Below are positions 37,326-49,035 of a stretch of 64,000 bases of DNA, one piece after another (the stretch's first letter is position 1; every line of letters begins with the position of its first letter). Source of the stretch: Carcharhinus longimanus. Its lineage: Eukaryota. The stretch covers positions 28,540,805-28,604,804 of the forward strand of contig JASCQW010000109.1 of the NCBI GenBank assembly GCA_030264375.1, given 5' to 3'. The position numbers and the translations under genes are program-made. The notes under the pieces were generated by a model that searched no databases, was not told where the DNA came from, and worked only from the letters and a program-made list of their open reading frames with translations.

Positions 37326-37536
37326 CACTGTAGCAGGGTGACTGAAATACAACACAATGACCAGTCAGTAAACTCAGCCCCCACACTGTAGGTGGTCTGA
37401 CAGCACTAACACATAGAGCTCCTTATTTAAATAAGTCACTGGCATTGGTGAGAATGTCCAGCATTGCCCTATCTGTCTCCCTTTTGTCCTTGCAGGAGCA
37501 GATATAACACAATGGAAGGGAAAGGGGTGGGAGGGC

Positions 37537-37666
37537 GTAGGTTAGAGGGATTAGTGGGTAAAATATGTAGGGAAATGGGGGTAGAGCCTGGGTGGGATTG
37601 TGGTCAGTGCAGACTCGATGGACTGAATGGCCTCCTTCTGTACTGTAGGATTTCTGTGATTCTATG
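37537..37666 (+). mobile_element. HE1-like SINE 3' half
   Basis: gtaggttagagggattag...tggcctccttctgtactgtagga...ttctatga. Confidence 0.8.
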
Positions 37667-38739
37667 AGTGCGCCAGCTCACACTCCGCACAGCAGTGGAA
37701 TTAGTGAGGGTGGGGCTGAATAACAAAATTAGCGACAGAGACATGAGATTACCTGAGAAAGGTGAAAAGATATTGAAATATCTTTATGAAGGGGCTGGAA
37801 TGTACTCCTTCCCAATGGACTGCATGCTAAAGACACAGCTGCATTGGGAGGCCTCAGCTCTACAGAGGTATCTAACATCATAAGTACCATCACGTCACCT
37901 CCTGTATCTTCGAAAGAGCCAGTCATGTTGGGGGACTAAACTTGTGCAGCAACATCATCCCCATGACCCTCTGACCAACCTGAATTAGTATTATTCGAAA
38001 TGNNNNNNNNNNNNNNNNNNNNNNNNNNNNNNNNNNNNNNNNNNNNNNNNNNNNNNNNNNNNNNNNNNNNNNNNNNNNNNNNNNNNNNNNNNNNNNNNNN
38101 NNNNNNNNAGCCTTAAATGTGACTAATAAATAAACCTTAAAAAAGAATCTGGGTGATGCACATGAGAGCTCTGGCACTTGGGAATATATCTGTGCTGCTG
38201 GGCTAAACAGAGCCTCCTTCTCTTGTGATTCCCAAGACCTCTGTTTCTGTGCCCAGCTAAGGATGGTTATGTCTGTCCTCCATCCTCCAAGGGGGATTGC
38301 CCATAGCTGCCTTTGCTTCTGTTTCCTCCTCCTGCTGTGCATCCGACAACATGACAGATACACTCACAACGGTGGGTCCTCATGCACAATTAGAACCAAC
38401 GGCACAGGGTGAAGAGCAGGGCACTATTCAGCAATAACCATTGAGGATTTTAATCTTGGAATGATGTCAAGAACTAGCAGACATTTACCAGAAATTTCAT
38501 TTTGGAAACATCTAAGTGTGGTGGTCACCCCACTCTGAAACAGCTCACATCACTGAAATAAAATAGATTTTGATGGCCTGAAAACAAGTCAGCACATCAG
38601 CTTTTGCACTGTTTGGCCTGCATTTAATTTTGTTTCAAACACAGAATTCCAACATAATCTGTTTCCATTGTATTGATGTTTAGATCCAAGCAGTTGTTTG
38701 ATTTAGTTTATGTTTCATTGTCAACACTCCAACATAGAG

Positions 38740-41667
38740 CGTACAAGGGATAGTTTCCTGGAGCAATATGTCATGGAACCAAGCAAGGAACAGGCTATCT
38801 TGGATTTGGTAATGGGTAATGAGGCAGGTTTAATAAATGAACTCAGAGTAAAAGATTCCCTTGGAAGTAGTGATCATAACAAGTTGGAGTTTAACATTCT
38901 GTTTGAGAGTGAAAATCTTGGGTTGGAAACAGCTGTGTTGATCTTAAATGATAATGGAATTATAATGAAATGAGGATAGAGTTAGCTAAAGTGGATGGGT
39001 GGATAGATTAGCAGGAAGAACAGTAAGTAAGCAGTGGCAGACATTTAAGGGGTAATTCACGATTCTCAGCAAAAATATATGCCAGTAAGGAGGAAAGATT
39101 TTAAGAGTGGGATAAACCAACCATTGCTAGCAAAGAAGTTAAAGAGAGTACCAAGTTGTAAGAAAAAGCATATAGGGAGGCAAAAGTCAGTGACAGCCCC
39201 AAAGACTGAAATAAATTCAGAATCCAACAAAGGATTACGAAAAAGATAATAAAGAGTGAAAATAAACCATAAGAGCAAACTAGCGAGAAGTATAAAAACT
39301 GACACTAGCGCTTCTTTAAATATATAAAAAGGAAGAGAAAGGTCAAAAGTGAACATAGGCCCCTTAGGAAATGAATCGGGGAGATAGTTATGGGGAACAA
39401 GGAAATGGCAGAGGAGTTAACCGATATTTCGCAGCAGTCTTTATGATGGAAAATATTTCAGACATACCATTAATACAAAAGAATACTGGGTGAAGAATTA
39501 AGTACTATCATCATGAGACAAACTAATGGGGCTAAAGGCAGATATACTTATTGACTACAGCTCAGCCTTCAACATCATTATTCCTCCAAAACCCATCTCC
39601 AAACTCTGTGGCCTAGGTCTTGGCTCCTCCCTCTGCGGCTGGATCCTAGACTTCCTAACCAACACGCCACAATCAGTAAGCATAGGCAACAACAAAGACT
39701 GCTCTGTCAAAGACCGCAAAAAATTACAAGGGGGCCATGAATGAAGCCCAGTCCATCATGCAAACCAGCCTCCCATCCATTGATTCTGTATACTGTTCCC
39801 AATGCCTCGGAAAAGCAGCCAACATAATCAAGGACCCTATACAGCCTGGACACTCTCTCTTCCACCTTCTTCCGTCGGGAAAAAGATACAAAAGCCTGAG
39901 GACACATACGGACCGACTCAAGAACGGCTTCTTCCCTGCTACCATCAGACTTTTAAATGAAGCTATCTCATATTAAGTTGATCTTTCTCTTTGCCCTAGC
40001 TGTGACTACAACATTAGCTGTAATACAACATTCTGCACTCTCTCCTTTCCTTCCCTGTGTACGAAATGCTTTGACAGTATGGAGAAGAAACAATACTTTT
40101 CACTATATAATACGTGACAATAACAAATCAAATCAAATCAAAGGTCTGTGACCCTGATGGCTTGCATCCTAGGATCCTAAAAGAAATAGCTGCAATGATA
40201 TTGGATGCATTGGTTTTAATTTTCCAAAAATCCTTGGTTTCAGGGGAAATGCTGCAGGATTGGAAAACTGCCAATGTGACAGCCCTATTCAAAAAGGGAG
40301 GGAGGGGAAAAGCAGGTTAACCCAATCAGCCGATTGGGTTAACATCTATTGTTGGAAAAATGTTGGAATCAATTATTAAGGAAGTAATAGCACCGCATTT
40401 GGAAAATCATAATCTAATCAAGCAGTCAGCATGGCTTCCTGAAAGGAAAATCGTTTGGTGAATTTATTTAAGTTTTGCGAAGGAGTTTCAATCAGAGTGT
40501 ACAGAGTGGTGCTAGTAGGTGTTTTGTATTTGGATTTCCAGAAGGCATTGGTCAAAGTACCTCACAAAAGGTTAAGTCATAAGAGAAGAGCCCATGATGC
40601 TGGAGGTACTGTACTGGCATAGATAGAGAATTGACTAATGGGCAGGAAACAGCAAGTCAGGATGAGGGGTTCCTTTCAGGTTGGAGACCTGTAACCAGTG
40701 GAACTCAACAGGGATCAGTCCTGGGACAGAAACGTTCTATGATATGTACTGGTGACTTGGAGGAAGGAAGTGAATGCACTAACAGGTGGAAAGGCAAGCT
40801 GCGAGAGGGATACAAACACTTTACAAAGAGATATTGATAGTTAAGCAAGTGGACAAAAAGTTGTCAAATGGAGTATAATGTGGGAAGATGTGAAGTTCAA
40901 TTTGGAAGTGAGAACAAAAGAGTATTATGTAAACTGCAGAAAGCTGCAACACAAAAGGGACTTGGGGATACTTGTGCACAAAACACAGAAAGGTAGCACA
41001 CTGGTGCAGCAGGTAATCAGGAAGGCTAGTGGGATATTATCCCTTATTTCAAGGGTGTTGGAGTCGAAGAGTAGGGAACTTGTTGAAACTGTAGAAGGCA
41101 CTGGTGAGACCACATCTGGATAACTGTGAACGGTTTTGGTTCCCCTTTTTAAAGGAAAACTCCTATCTTTTTGGAGGCAGTTCAGAGAACTTTCACTAGG
41201 ATGATCCCCAGTATGGAGGGATTATCTTATGAGCAAGGGTTAAACAGGTTGGAACTCACTGGAATTAGAAGAATGACAGGTGATCTCATTGAAACATATA
41301 GGATTCTTAAAAGGCATGACAGGGTATATGCTGAAAGAATGTTTCCCCTCATGGGAGAGTCTAGGACCAGAGAATGCAGTCTCAGAAGAAAGAGGTGCCA
41401 ATTTCAGACTGAGAGGAGGAATTTCTTCTCTTAGATGGTTGTGAGTCTTTGGAACTCCTTGCCACAGAGAGCTCTGGGGGCAGAGTCCTTGTGTATCTTT
41501 AAGGCTGGGAAAGATAGATTTTAGATAAGTAAGGAAGTTAAGGGTAAAGAGGAAATGGCAAGAAAGTGAACATGAAGAATGTTGGATCAGCCATGATCCT
41601 ACGGAATGGCAGGGCAGGCTCAGAGGCCAAACGGCCCACTCTTATTCCTTTTTCTAATGGTCTTATA
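38740..41667 (+). mobile_element. Long decayed CR1/HER1 LINE ORF2 (endonuclease end to 3' UTR), interrupted by Rex1
   Basis: DSFLEQYVMEP..AILDLVMGNE..LGSSDHN. PDGLHPRILKE..WKTANVTALFKKG. QGSVLG. CR1 C-terminus in ORF 41171. Confidence 0.92.
39545..40141 (+). mobile_element. Rex1/Babar-type LINE fragment nested in CR1
   Basis: [28 protein letters not shown] and HSLFHLLPSGKRYKSLRTHTDRLKNGFFPATIRLLN. (tcaaa)n tail. Host CR1 GLKAD|..PDGLHPR is split around it. Confidence 0.85.
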
Positions 41668-41796
41668 ACATAGCCAGGGTAGAACATCAAATTACATTTA
41701 TGTTTGTATTCTAAAGGTGCTTTCGAGTCTTTTTGTACATTGACTTGCTGAACATAACTAAAATTAGGACAAATAAGTTGTTGGGATAGGTTCATT

Positions 41797-42114
41797 GAAT
41801 CATAGAATTCCTACAGCACAGAAAGAGGCCATTCAGCCTATCCAGTCTGCACCAACAACAATCCCATTCAGGCCCTATCCTCGTAACCCCACGTATTTAC
41901 CCCGCTAATCCCTCTGACATTAAGGATCAACTTAACATGGCCAATCCATCTAAGCTACACATCTTTGGACTGTGGGAGAAAATCAGAGCACCCCGAGGAA
42001 ACCCACACAGGCATGGGAAGAACGTGCAAACTCCACATCGACAGTGACCCGAGGCCGGAATCAAATTGGGGTCCCTGGCACTGTGAGGCAGCAGTGCTAA
42101 CCATTGTGCCACCC
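41797..42114 (-). mobile_element. HE1-like V-SINE, full length
   Basis: Same architecture as 4893-5208. Confidence 0.9.
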
Positions 42115-43039
42115 CTTATTTATTATCGCTCAGGGTTTGACATTGTTTGTATCTCTAGGACTTTATATGGAAATTAGCACATCAAATGACTGTGCATGCG
42201 TCANNNNNNNNNNNNNNNNNNNNNNNNNNNNNNNNNNNNNNNNACAAAGATCCCAGTCGAAGTATTTGTTTCAAAAGTAAATTCTGGTTAAGTTGCTATT
42301 GTAAGCGTAAATACTATATAATGAACTCAGCAAATGATTTCATGACATCTTTTATAATGCATACTTTTGAGAGAAAAACTGCATTCATTTGTAATGTGAT
42401 ACTGATTTTGATAATACGCACAGTTCTAACAGAACATACACAGCAGGAAACAAGTAAGCCCACATAATGAAATAGTCAATGACCTGTCACAATGAGCTAG
42501 GTGATTCCCTTATGCATTAACAGGTGCCTACATTGTGTCTTGCAATGAGGCAAATATAACAATGTAGATCAGTGAGGCAGCAATTGTATTTGACATTCCT
42601 AACCTGAGATCCAAGCTGTGGATGCTAGGAAATCACACCCTTTTTGAATCTTTTTTTTTGTTTTAATCCGAGTGGAAGCCAGTTTCCTATCTCACATGTG
42701 CAATGCATGACTAGCTTAATTAATTATCATTCAGTTGATGAACTAGTACATTGTTACCCAGGGAAACACTGGTAAATTGTTGTGCTCCTGTTTTATTGGC
42801 CAGTTAAGGAATAAGCACAAAACACACTGTTCTGGCTCTGCTTTGTTCAAAGGGAAAAAGAAATGTGCTCGGACATATAAAGATTAGCAATTGATTTTGT
42901 TCTAGTGTGGGTCATTAGCTTGGTTTAAAAGTTATATAAGCATCCTGGCAGTAATGTCTGTCTCTGACATTTTAAGCTTGCTTTAATGAGGTGTATCTCC
43001 TATTGTCAGTAATCATTTGCATAAATTATGAGAAGAAAA

Positions 43040-43670
43040 AGAATTGCATTTATATGCGACAACTGGACATCTCAAAGCATCTTACAGGCAATGAAATACA
43101 TTTCAAATGTAGTCACTGTTATAATGTACAAAACGCAGCAGCCAATTTTCACACAGCAAGCTCTCATCAACGTGGTAATGACCACACAATTTTTATTGTG
43201 ATAAATGCAAAATTCAGCAATGTTGGAATCTGAAACAAAGGCAGAAAAATGCTGGAAAATCTCAGCAGATCTGACAGCATCTGTGGAGAGGGAGTAGAGC
43301 CAATGTTTCGAGTCCAGATGATGCTCCCTTTCCTCTCAGCTTTGATGAAGAGTCATCCCAACTCAAAACGTTGGCTCTACTTACTCTCTTTACAGAGACC
43401 TGCTGAGATTTTCCAGCATTTTTCAATTTTTATTGTGATGTTGATTGAGGGATAAATATTAGCCAAATTCCCTTGTGCTGCTTTACAGGCATCTACTCTC
43501 ATCAGTGAGATTTCCTGATCTCCTTCTTGTGCCTCCCAAGGAAACAATCTTGTAAGGGGCTATACCAGTGCAACATGATCCTCTGACAAAATAATTATCC
43601 TCTGGTCAGGATGCGAGGAATAAAGTCTCTGCTCTTCTTCAAAATAGTGCCATGAAATCCTTTTGCATTT
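43040..43670 (-). mobile_element. Deu-domain SINE, fragmented by insertions
   Basis: 43040-43202, 43424-43465 and ~43605-43668 match successive parts of 61480-61742 in reverse complement. Confidence 0.65.
43203..43423. mobile_element. Fold-back Penelope-pLTR-derived element with perfect 16-bp TSD
   Basis: Homologous to 10045-10281. caatttttattgtgat at 43187-43202 and 43424-43439. Confidence 0.85.
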
Positions 43671-43905
43671 AGAATCACAGAATCCTTACAGAGCAAAGCA
43701 GGCCATTTAACCCATCAGGTCTGCACTGTTTCTCCGATAGAGCATCTTACCAGGCTCACCACCTGCCTAACCCCACATATTAACCTCACTAAGTACCCTA
43801 ATCTACATATCTTTGGACACTAAGGGGCAATTTAGTGTGGCCAATCTACCTAATCTGCACATCTTTAGACTGTGTGAGTTCACTGGAACATTCGGATGAA
43901 AACCT
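43670..43905 (-). mobile_element. HE1-like SINE (3' two-thirds)
   Basis: agaatcacagaatcc tail and aggggcaatttagtgtggccaatc core. Confidence 0.75.
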
Positions 43906-44149
43906 AACTCAAATAGTTTGCGATTGTTACAATGATGACCACAATATCAAGCAAATCAGGAGTGTCAGATGGACCCATATCCCTCATGAAACATGGTGAT
44001 CTGTGTGAAGTGGATTAAAGTGGCAATCCAAAAATGTAGTTCCAAAGGTAAGACTAAGGCTATACGATGGCACGAGACTGATACCGAGAGGACGAATCAG
44101 ACTGACAATCCAATGCAATGACTAGAAAGAAGATATTGAGTTCCAGATC

Positions 44150-44990
44150 ACAGATAGGATGCAACAGCACCCAGTTCAGATGAAGAAAGCCTAAAACCTG
44201 GGTCGGTAATCCTGAAAATGCCAGAGAAAAAGGGTAACAGAGAGACCCCAAAGAAAGGGCAGAAAAAGACACTCAGAGAGGGAGACAGAAGACCCCAGAG
44301 AGTGGCAGACAATATCCAAGTAAACCACAAGATGGTTACTGACCAGGTCAGTATAATAAAATGGACAAGCCAAAGGTAAATGTTCTAGAGGAAAATGATC
44401 ACATTAGAACTGAACTGGAGAATTGAAGGGCAAGATTCTAACCACATTTGAAACACATGATGCACTTAGGTCTTCAATGAACAATGCTGTGTGAGATCTG
44501 ACCAAATAAAACTCAGGGACAACACAAAGGCTTCAGGTGGAATGAAAGCTCCACAGTCAGCAATTCCAAGTGGAAGTTGAAAAAGTTCAACCAGATATAC
44601 AGGCGCAACTACAAGCATATGTGCTCAACCAGTGAAGCTGTTCCTTCACAGCAATAGGCCAGTTGGGGAGAAGGGATATCACCAGTTATAATGAGTACAG
44701 AATGACCATCAATCCAAAAGGTCCAAGAGTCATCCACAACTGCAATGGAATAACAACAGTCACCAAAGCAACAAAAGCCATGGGAACAACACTCTTTGGA
44801 CAAGCAATATCACCACGATACACAGCCAATGTCAATGTACACATGGACTATTAAGAGGCTAACTAATAAACAAAAGAGTGGTTAATGCATGAGAATAGTG
44901 TGTACATCTTGGGCAGCTCACAGTCATACAGGATTGTGCATGTAAATGTGTTTTTTTGTTTATTGGGAAAAAGGGGATGTTTGTGTCTTT
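44150..44990 (+). mobile_element. Possible Gypsy integrase C-terminal remnant with polypurine tract
   Basis: YRRNYKHM-like motif at ~44597 (cf. YRRNRRHL). ggaaaaagggga followed by tgt at ~44966-44980. Weak. Confidence 0.3.
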
Positions 44991-45895
44991 CTTGATATGA
45001 AGAAGGAAATGTGTGTGTTTGGGTTTTAGAGATACAGACCTGCACTGCTTGACTAACTAGCTTACCATAATCATGTAATGAGCAATGAGGCTGCCTCTAG
45101 AAGCAGACATCTTAGTTCATTTCAATAATGACCTCTCACTGCTTTCTTTGTGCATGAAATAGATAGGGAGAGTCAAGGTCTTGGAAGGAATTAATATAGG
45201 GGTGAAAACTTTAAAATTGAAGTTCTGGTGGACCATCAAATTTAAGTCAGCAACCACAGAGTTAAAGGGTAAAAAAATACTTTTTGTGAATTAGCGCACA
45301 GGAAGCAGGGTACAGAAGGTAAGAACGTGACCAGCAGAAGATTGGAATGGTGAAATGTGAAGGTAAAAAGACGTATAGAAAATAATTATGTCTAAATGTT
45401 ATTAGGAGCTTAGCTGTACCTCTTGTTCTTATAATAATCTATTTCATAAGCAGTTGGGTTAGGTTATATTGGCAGAGAATATATAAATAAAAAATGAATG
45501 CAATATTTCTAAACTTTCATTAGAATACAATGCAGCATAATCAGAATTGCAAATTTCTACCTTGAAGCAGCTTTAAAATTTGAACAATGATTTCCTTCAA
45601 TATATTGGCATCCTTTGTGAGACAACTTGTGTAGTGTCAAAGTACAGAATTACCTGCTGTCTGTTGGTCTCAACAAAAACTGAATTTAAATATCAGAAAG
45701 AAAGATCAATAAATCTACATCATTTCCTTACTTACAATAAAATTATGTAACGTTTGATGAAATGTTAGTTTATTTAGTTCATCGCAATGAATGAACATAC
45801 AGGAAGGAAGAGTAAAGAACAGCTGGTGGCATGTTTTGTAATGTGAGCACCACTTGGGTCTGTAAAGGTTGGTGATATATATTACAAAACAGTAT

Positions 45896-46002
45896 GGCCG
45901 GAATTTTACCACCGGGGTGGTGAGGCTTGCAGACTGGCATTCTTTGTTCACCTTGGGAGGGATTTTACGAGCCTCGGACAGGTGAGGCAGTAAAGTTCTG
46001 GA
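45896..46002. mobile_element. Short MITE
   Basis: ggccggaattttacc ... gtaaagttctggac TIRs. Homologous to 34732-34853. Confidence 0.65.
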
Positions 46003-46268
46003 CTATGGGTCTGACCTCGGAAGCTGTTTGTGCCCAAAAATGGGTGTCGATGGGATTTGACAGTGAAAAGGGGTGGAATTCAGTTCTGTCTGATTTCTGT
46101 CATTTTTTGACACCATTTAAGTGTCATGCTGGGTCTGGGGATACGAGGTAGATGCTACCACCTGAAATAGAGATTGTTTTATTGGCTATTAAATGGGTGA
46201 CAGGGACTTTGATGGCTCTCACCAGATTTTCCAGATGGTGTAGGTGCAGGGGATAAAGGGCTGAATTA

Positions 46269-46335
46269 GAACATAGAACATAGAACATCACAGCGCAGAA
46301 CAGGCCCTTCGGCCCACGATGTTGCGCCGACCAGT
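46269..46335 (-). mobile_element. CR1/HER1 3' tail, (agaacat)n
   Basis: agaacatagaacatagaacat...caggcccttcggcccacgatg. Confidence 0.75.
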
Positions 46336-48702
46336 TAAAAAGCAATGACNNNNNNNNNNNNNNNNNNNNNNNNNNNNNNNNNNNNNNNNNNNNNNNNNNN
46401 NNNNNNNNNNNNNNNNNNNNNNNNNNNNNNNNNNNNNNNNNNNNNNATTAAGCCTTCCAATCTTGCGTTGCACCAGTGGGAAAGATAGACTTTGAGTTGA
46501 GTGCAACAATTTTCTGCCATTGTGCTGCGCTGCTCCTGATGCATTGTACTCCACTCTCTTGGGCAGACTGGTTCCTGTCCTCCATCTCCACACTGAATTG
46601 GTCTTCATGGACAGCACTGTGCTGCTGGACCTATGGACCCTCTTGCGTCACCGACTCAGATCAGTACTGCACCTGAGGTTGGAAGGTACAGAGATCTCCT
46701 TCNNNNNNNNNNATGTGGAAGGATGGCTGTGCAAGGAGTGAGGGGGAGAGCGAGGGTGAATAATGGCAGGCAGAGGAGAAAGGAGGTGGATAAAGAAGAT
46801 AAACAGTGAAAGGCATGGGGAAGACTGCAGGGAGGGAAGCTGGACTATGAGAAGGCTGCATTAAAAGCTCACAAACAAGAAAGGAAGGGGGAGTCAAAGG
46901 AATACCACACTGTTCACTGGAAGGGGATATATGAAGACTCTAAATGCAGTGAGTGGAAGTCCAAGTGTGGCATGGGAACATGGGCATCTTGCAAGTGGTG
47001 GGCTTGGAAGATGGGGGATGGGGGAAATAGTGGGGGAAAGGGGGTTGAATCAAGGAACAGATTTCTTCTTGAGGCTGCTATCCTTTTCACTCTGAGTTGC
47101 TGACATCCTGCATGGTAAAGACAGGTAGGCGGCAGAGATTGATATGAATGTGCTGGACCGGTGTTTAAATTTTACGCCAAACCACCAACTCAGGCAGCCG
47201 ATAGCAGGTGGACGAATCAGCTGCCAGACCGCTAAATGACTCAGAGGGGGATCTGCTTGTGTGTGGGGTGAGTGAGGCCCAAAAATCCTGTNNNNNNNNN
47301 NNNNNNNNNNNNNNNNNNNNNNNNNNNNNNNNNNNNNNNNNNNNNNNNNNNNNNNNNNNNNNNNNNNNNNNNNNNNNNNNNNNNNNNNNNNNNNNNNNNN
47401 NNNNNNNNNNNNNNNNNNNNNNNNNNNNNNNNNNNNNNNNNNNNNNNNNNNNNNNNNNNNNNNNNNNNNNNNNNNNNNNNNNNNNNNNNNNNNNNNNNNN
47501 NNNNNNNNNNNNNNNNNNNNNNNNNNNNNNNNNNNNNNNNNNNNNNNNNNNNNNNNNNNNNNNNNNNNNNNNNNNNNNNNNNNNNNNNNNNNNNNNNNNN
47601 NNNNNNNNNNNNNNNNNNNNNNNNNNNNNNNNNNNNNNNNNNNNNNNNNNNNNNNNNNNNNNNNNNNNNNNNNNNNNNNNNNNNNNNNNNNNNNNNNNNN
47701 NNNNATACACCATATGTGATTAGCAAGAAGCCATGACCTAAAAGAAAATCCAAGGTGTATTTGAAAAGCACAGCAATTCTAAAACAAAGTCAACACAGCC
47801 CATAATTAAACTCAAATTTCTCTCACTGATTCCAAATACGGCTGAAAATTACACTTCTGAACTCAGCGTGTGGGTGTATATTTTCTAATAGTGAATGATT
47901 TTTGATGCTCAGATGCTGCTTGATGCAGTCCACACTGCAGGTGTGATTATATCCAATGTTGGGCAGGAAAAGTGGCGTTGAGGCCACTGACGGGAATGAC
48001 AGCTTTTTCCACCATATAGTGCGAGACTTGAAGGCAGGCAGTGGTACCATATCGTATTGATGGTGGGCAGCCTCTGAATCACATGCCCTACCAACTCAGC
48101 AATCGGGTGCCATTTTAAAAGGCCATCCCAACACATAGTGAGAACACCTGGAAATAATCTTCACTTAGTACCATCTCCCACCCCCCTACCCCCCCCACAC
48201 CTCCCCAACCCCCCCCCCAACACCCCCATTGCACTGACATCCCTGCCATTACCAATGGCACCAACCTCTCCTCTCTGAGCACTGTACTTTTCTCCAAGCT
48301 TCCTTGGGAGTACTGTTCACTAGGTACACGCCTCCTGAGACCAGTCGTGCTTCGTCCCACTGTGGACATGTTTGACGTAGGGGTATGAAATCGGTCTTTG
48401 GATCTGATAATGTGTTAATATATTATAATGAGGGTCCCAATGTTGAATGTTGGGAAACACTGCCTGCCACTGATAGATGAGGGGATAATCACTTCCTGCA
48501 TTTATGTTGATGTGAAACATGACTTTCTTGAGGTATTTTTCACTCTTGTCACCAAACCCACCCATCGTGAAAGGGAGCAGAAAATCATGGCCAATGAATA
48601 GGAGCTCAAGGCTCACACAGATATAACAAATAGGAGTATTGGAGTAATACTGACTCGAGTGACTAACTTAAGGGAAGGTACCTAGTTGCTTACCTCAGCA
48701 CG

Positions 48703-49035
48703 GTGATACGGTAGCACAGTGGTTAGCACTGCTACCTCACAGTGCCAGGGACCCAAGTTCAACTCAGGCATTGGGTGACTGTGTGGAGTTTGCACATTCT
48801 CACCATGTCAGCATAGGTTTACTTCGGGTGCTCTGGTTTCCTCCCACACTCCAAAAATGTGTGGGTTAGGTTGATTAACCATGCAAAATTGCCCCTTACA
48901 GTCCCCAGATGTGTAGGTTAGGGGGATTAGTAGGGTAAATATCTATGGTAACGAGGATAGTGTCTGGGTGGGATTGTTATTGGTGCAGGCTCGATAAGCT
49001 GAATGGCTTCCTTTTGCACTATATTGATCCTATGA
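48703..49035 (+). mobile_element. HE1-like V-SINE, full length
   Basis: cggtagcacagtggttagcactgct head, V-core, tail. Confidence 0.88.

Larger units (their letters stand above)
36361..37812. repeat. ~130-bp inverted repeat pair (36361-36490 / 37683-37812) enclosing a Myb/SANT remnant
   Basis: The arms align in reverse complement. The ORF track shows MRLPEKSEKILKFL (minus) and MRLPEKGEKILKYL (plus) as a by-product. Confidence 0.8.

Noticed and set aside
45645-45690. Minus-strand donor CAG|gtaatt as the upstream ablim3 coding exon
   Set aside because: In the required phase there is an in-frame TGA six codons upstream and no ATG.
48320-48616. 98-aa minus-strand ORF
   Set aside because: No recognisable domain or splice signals. 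Possibly a decayed LINE fragment.
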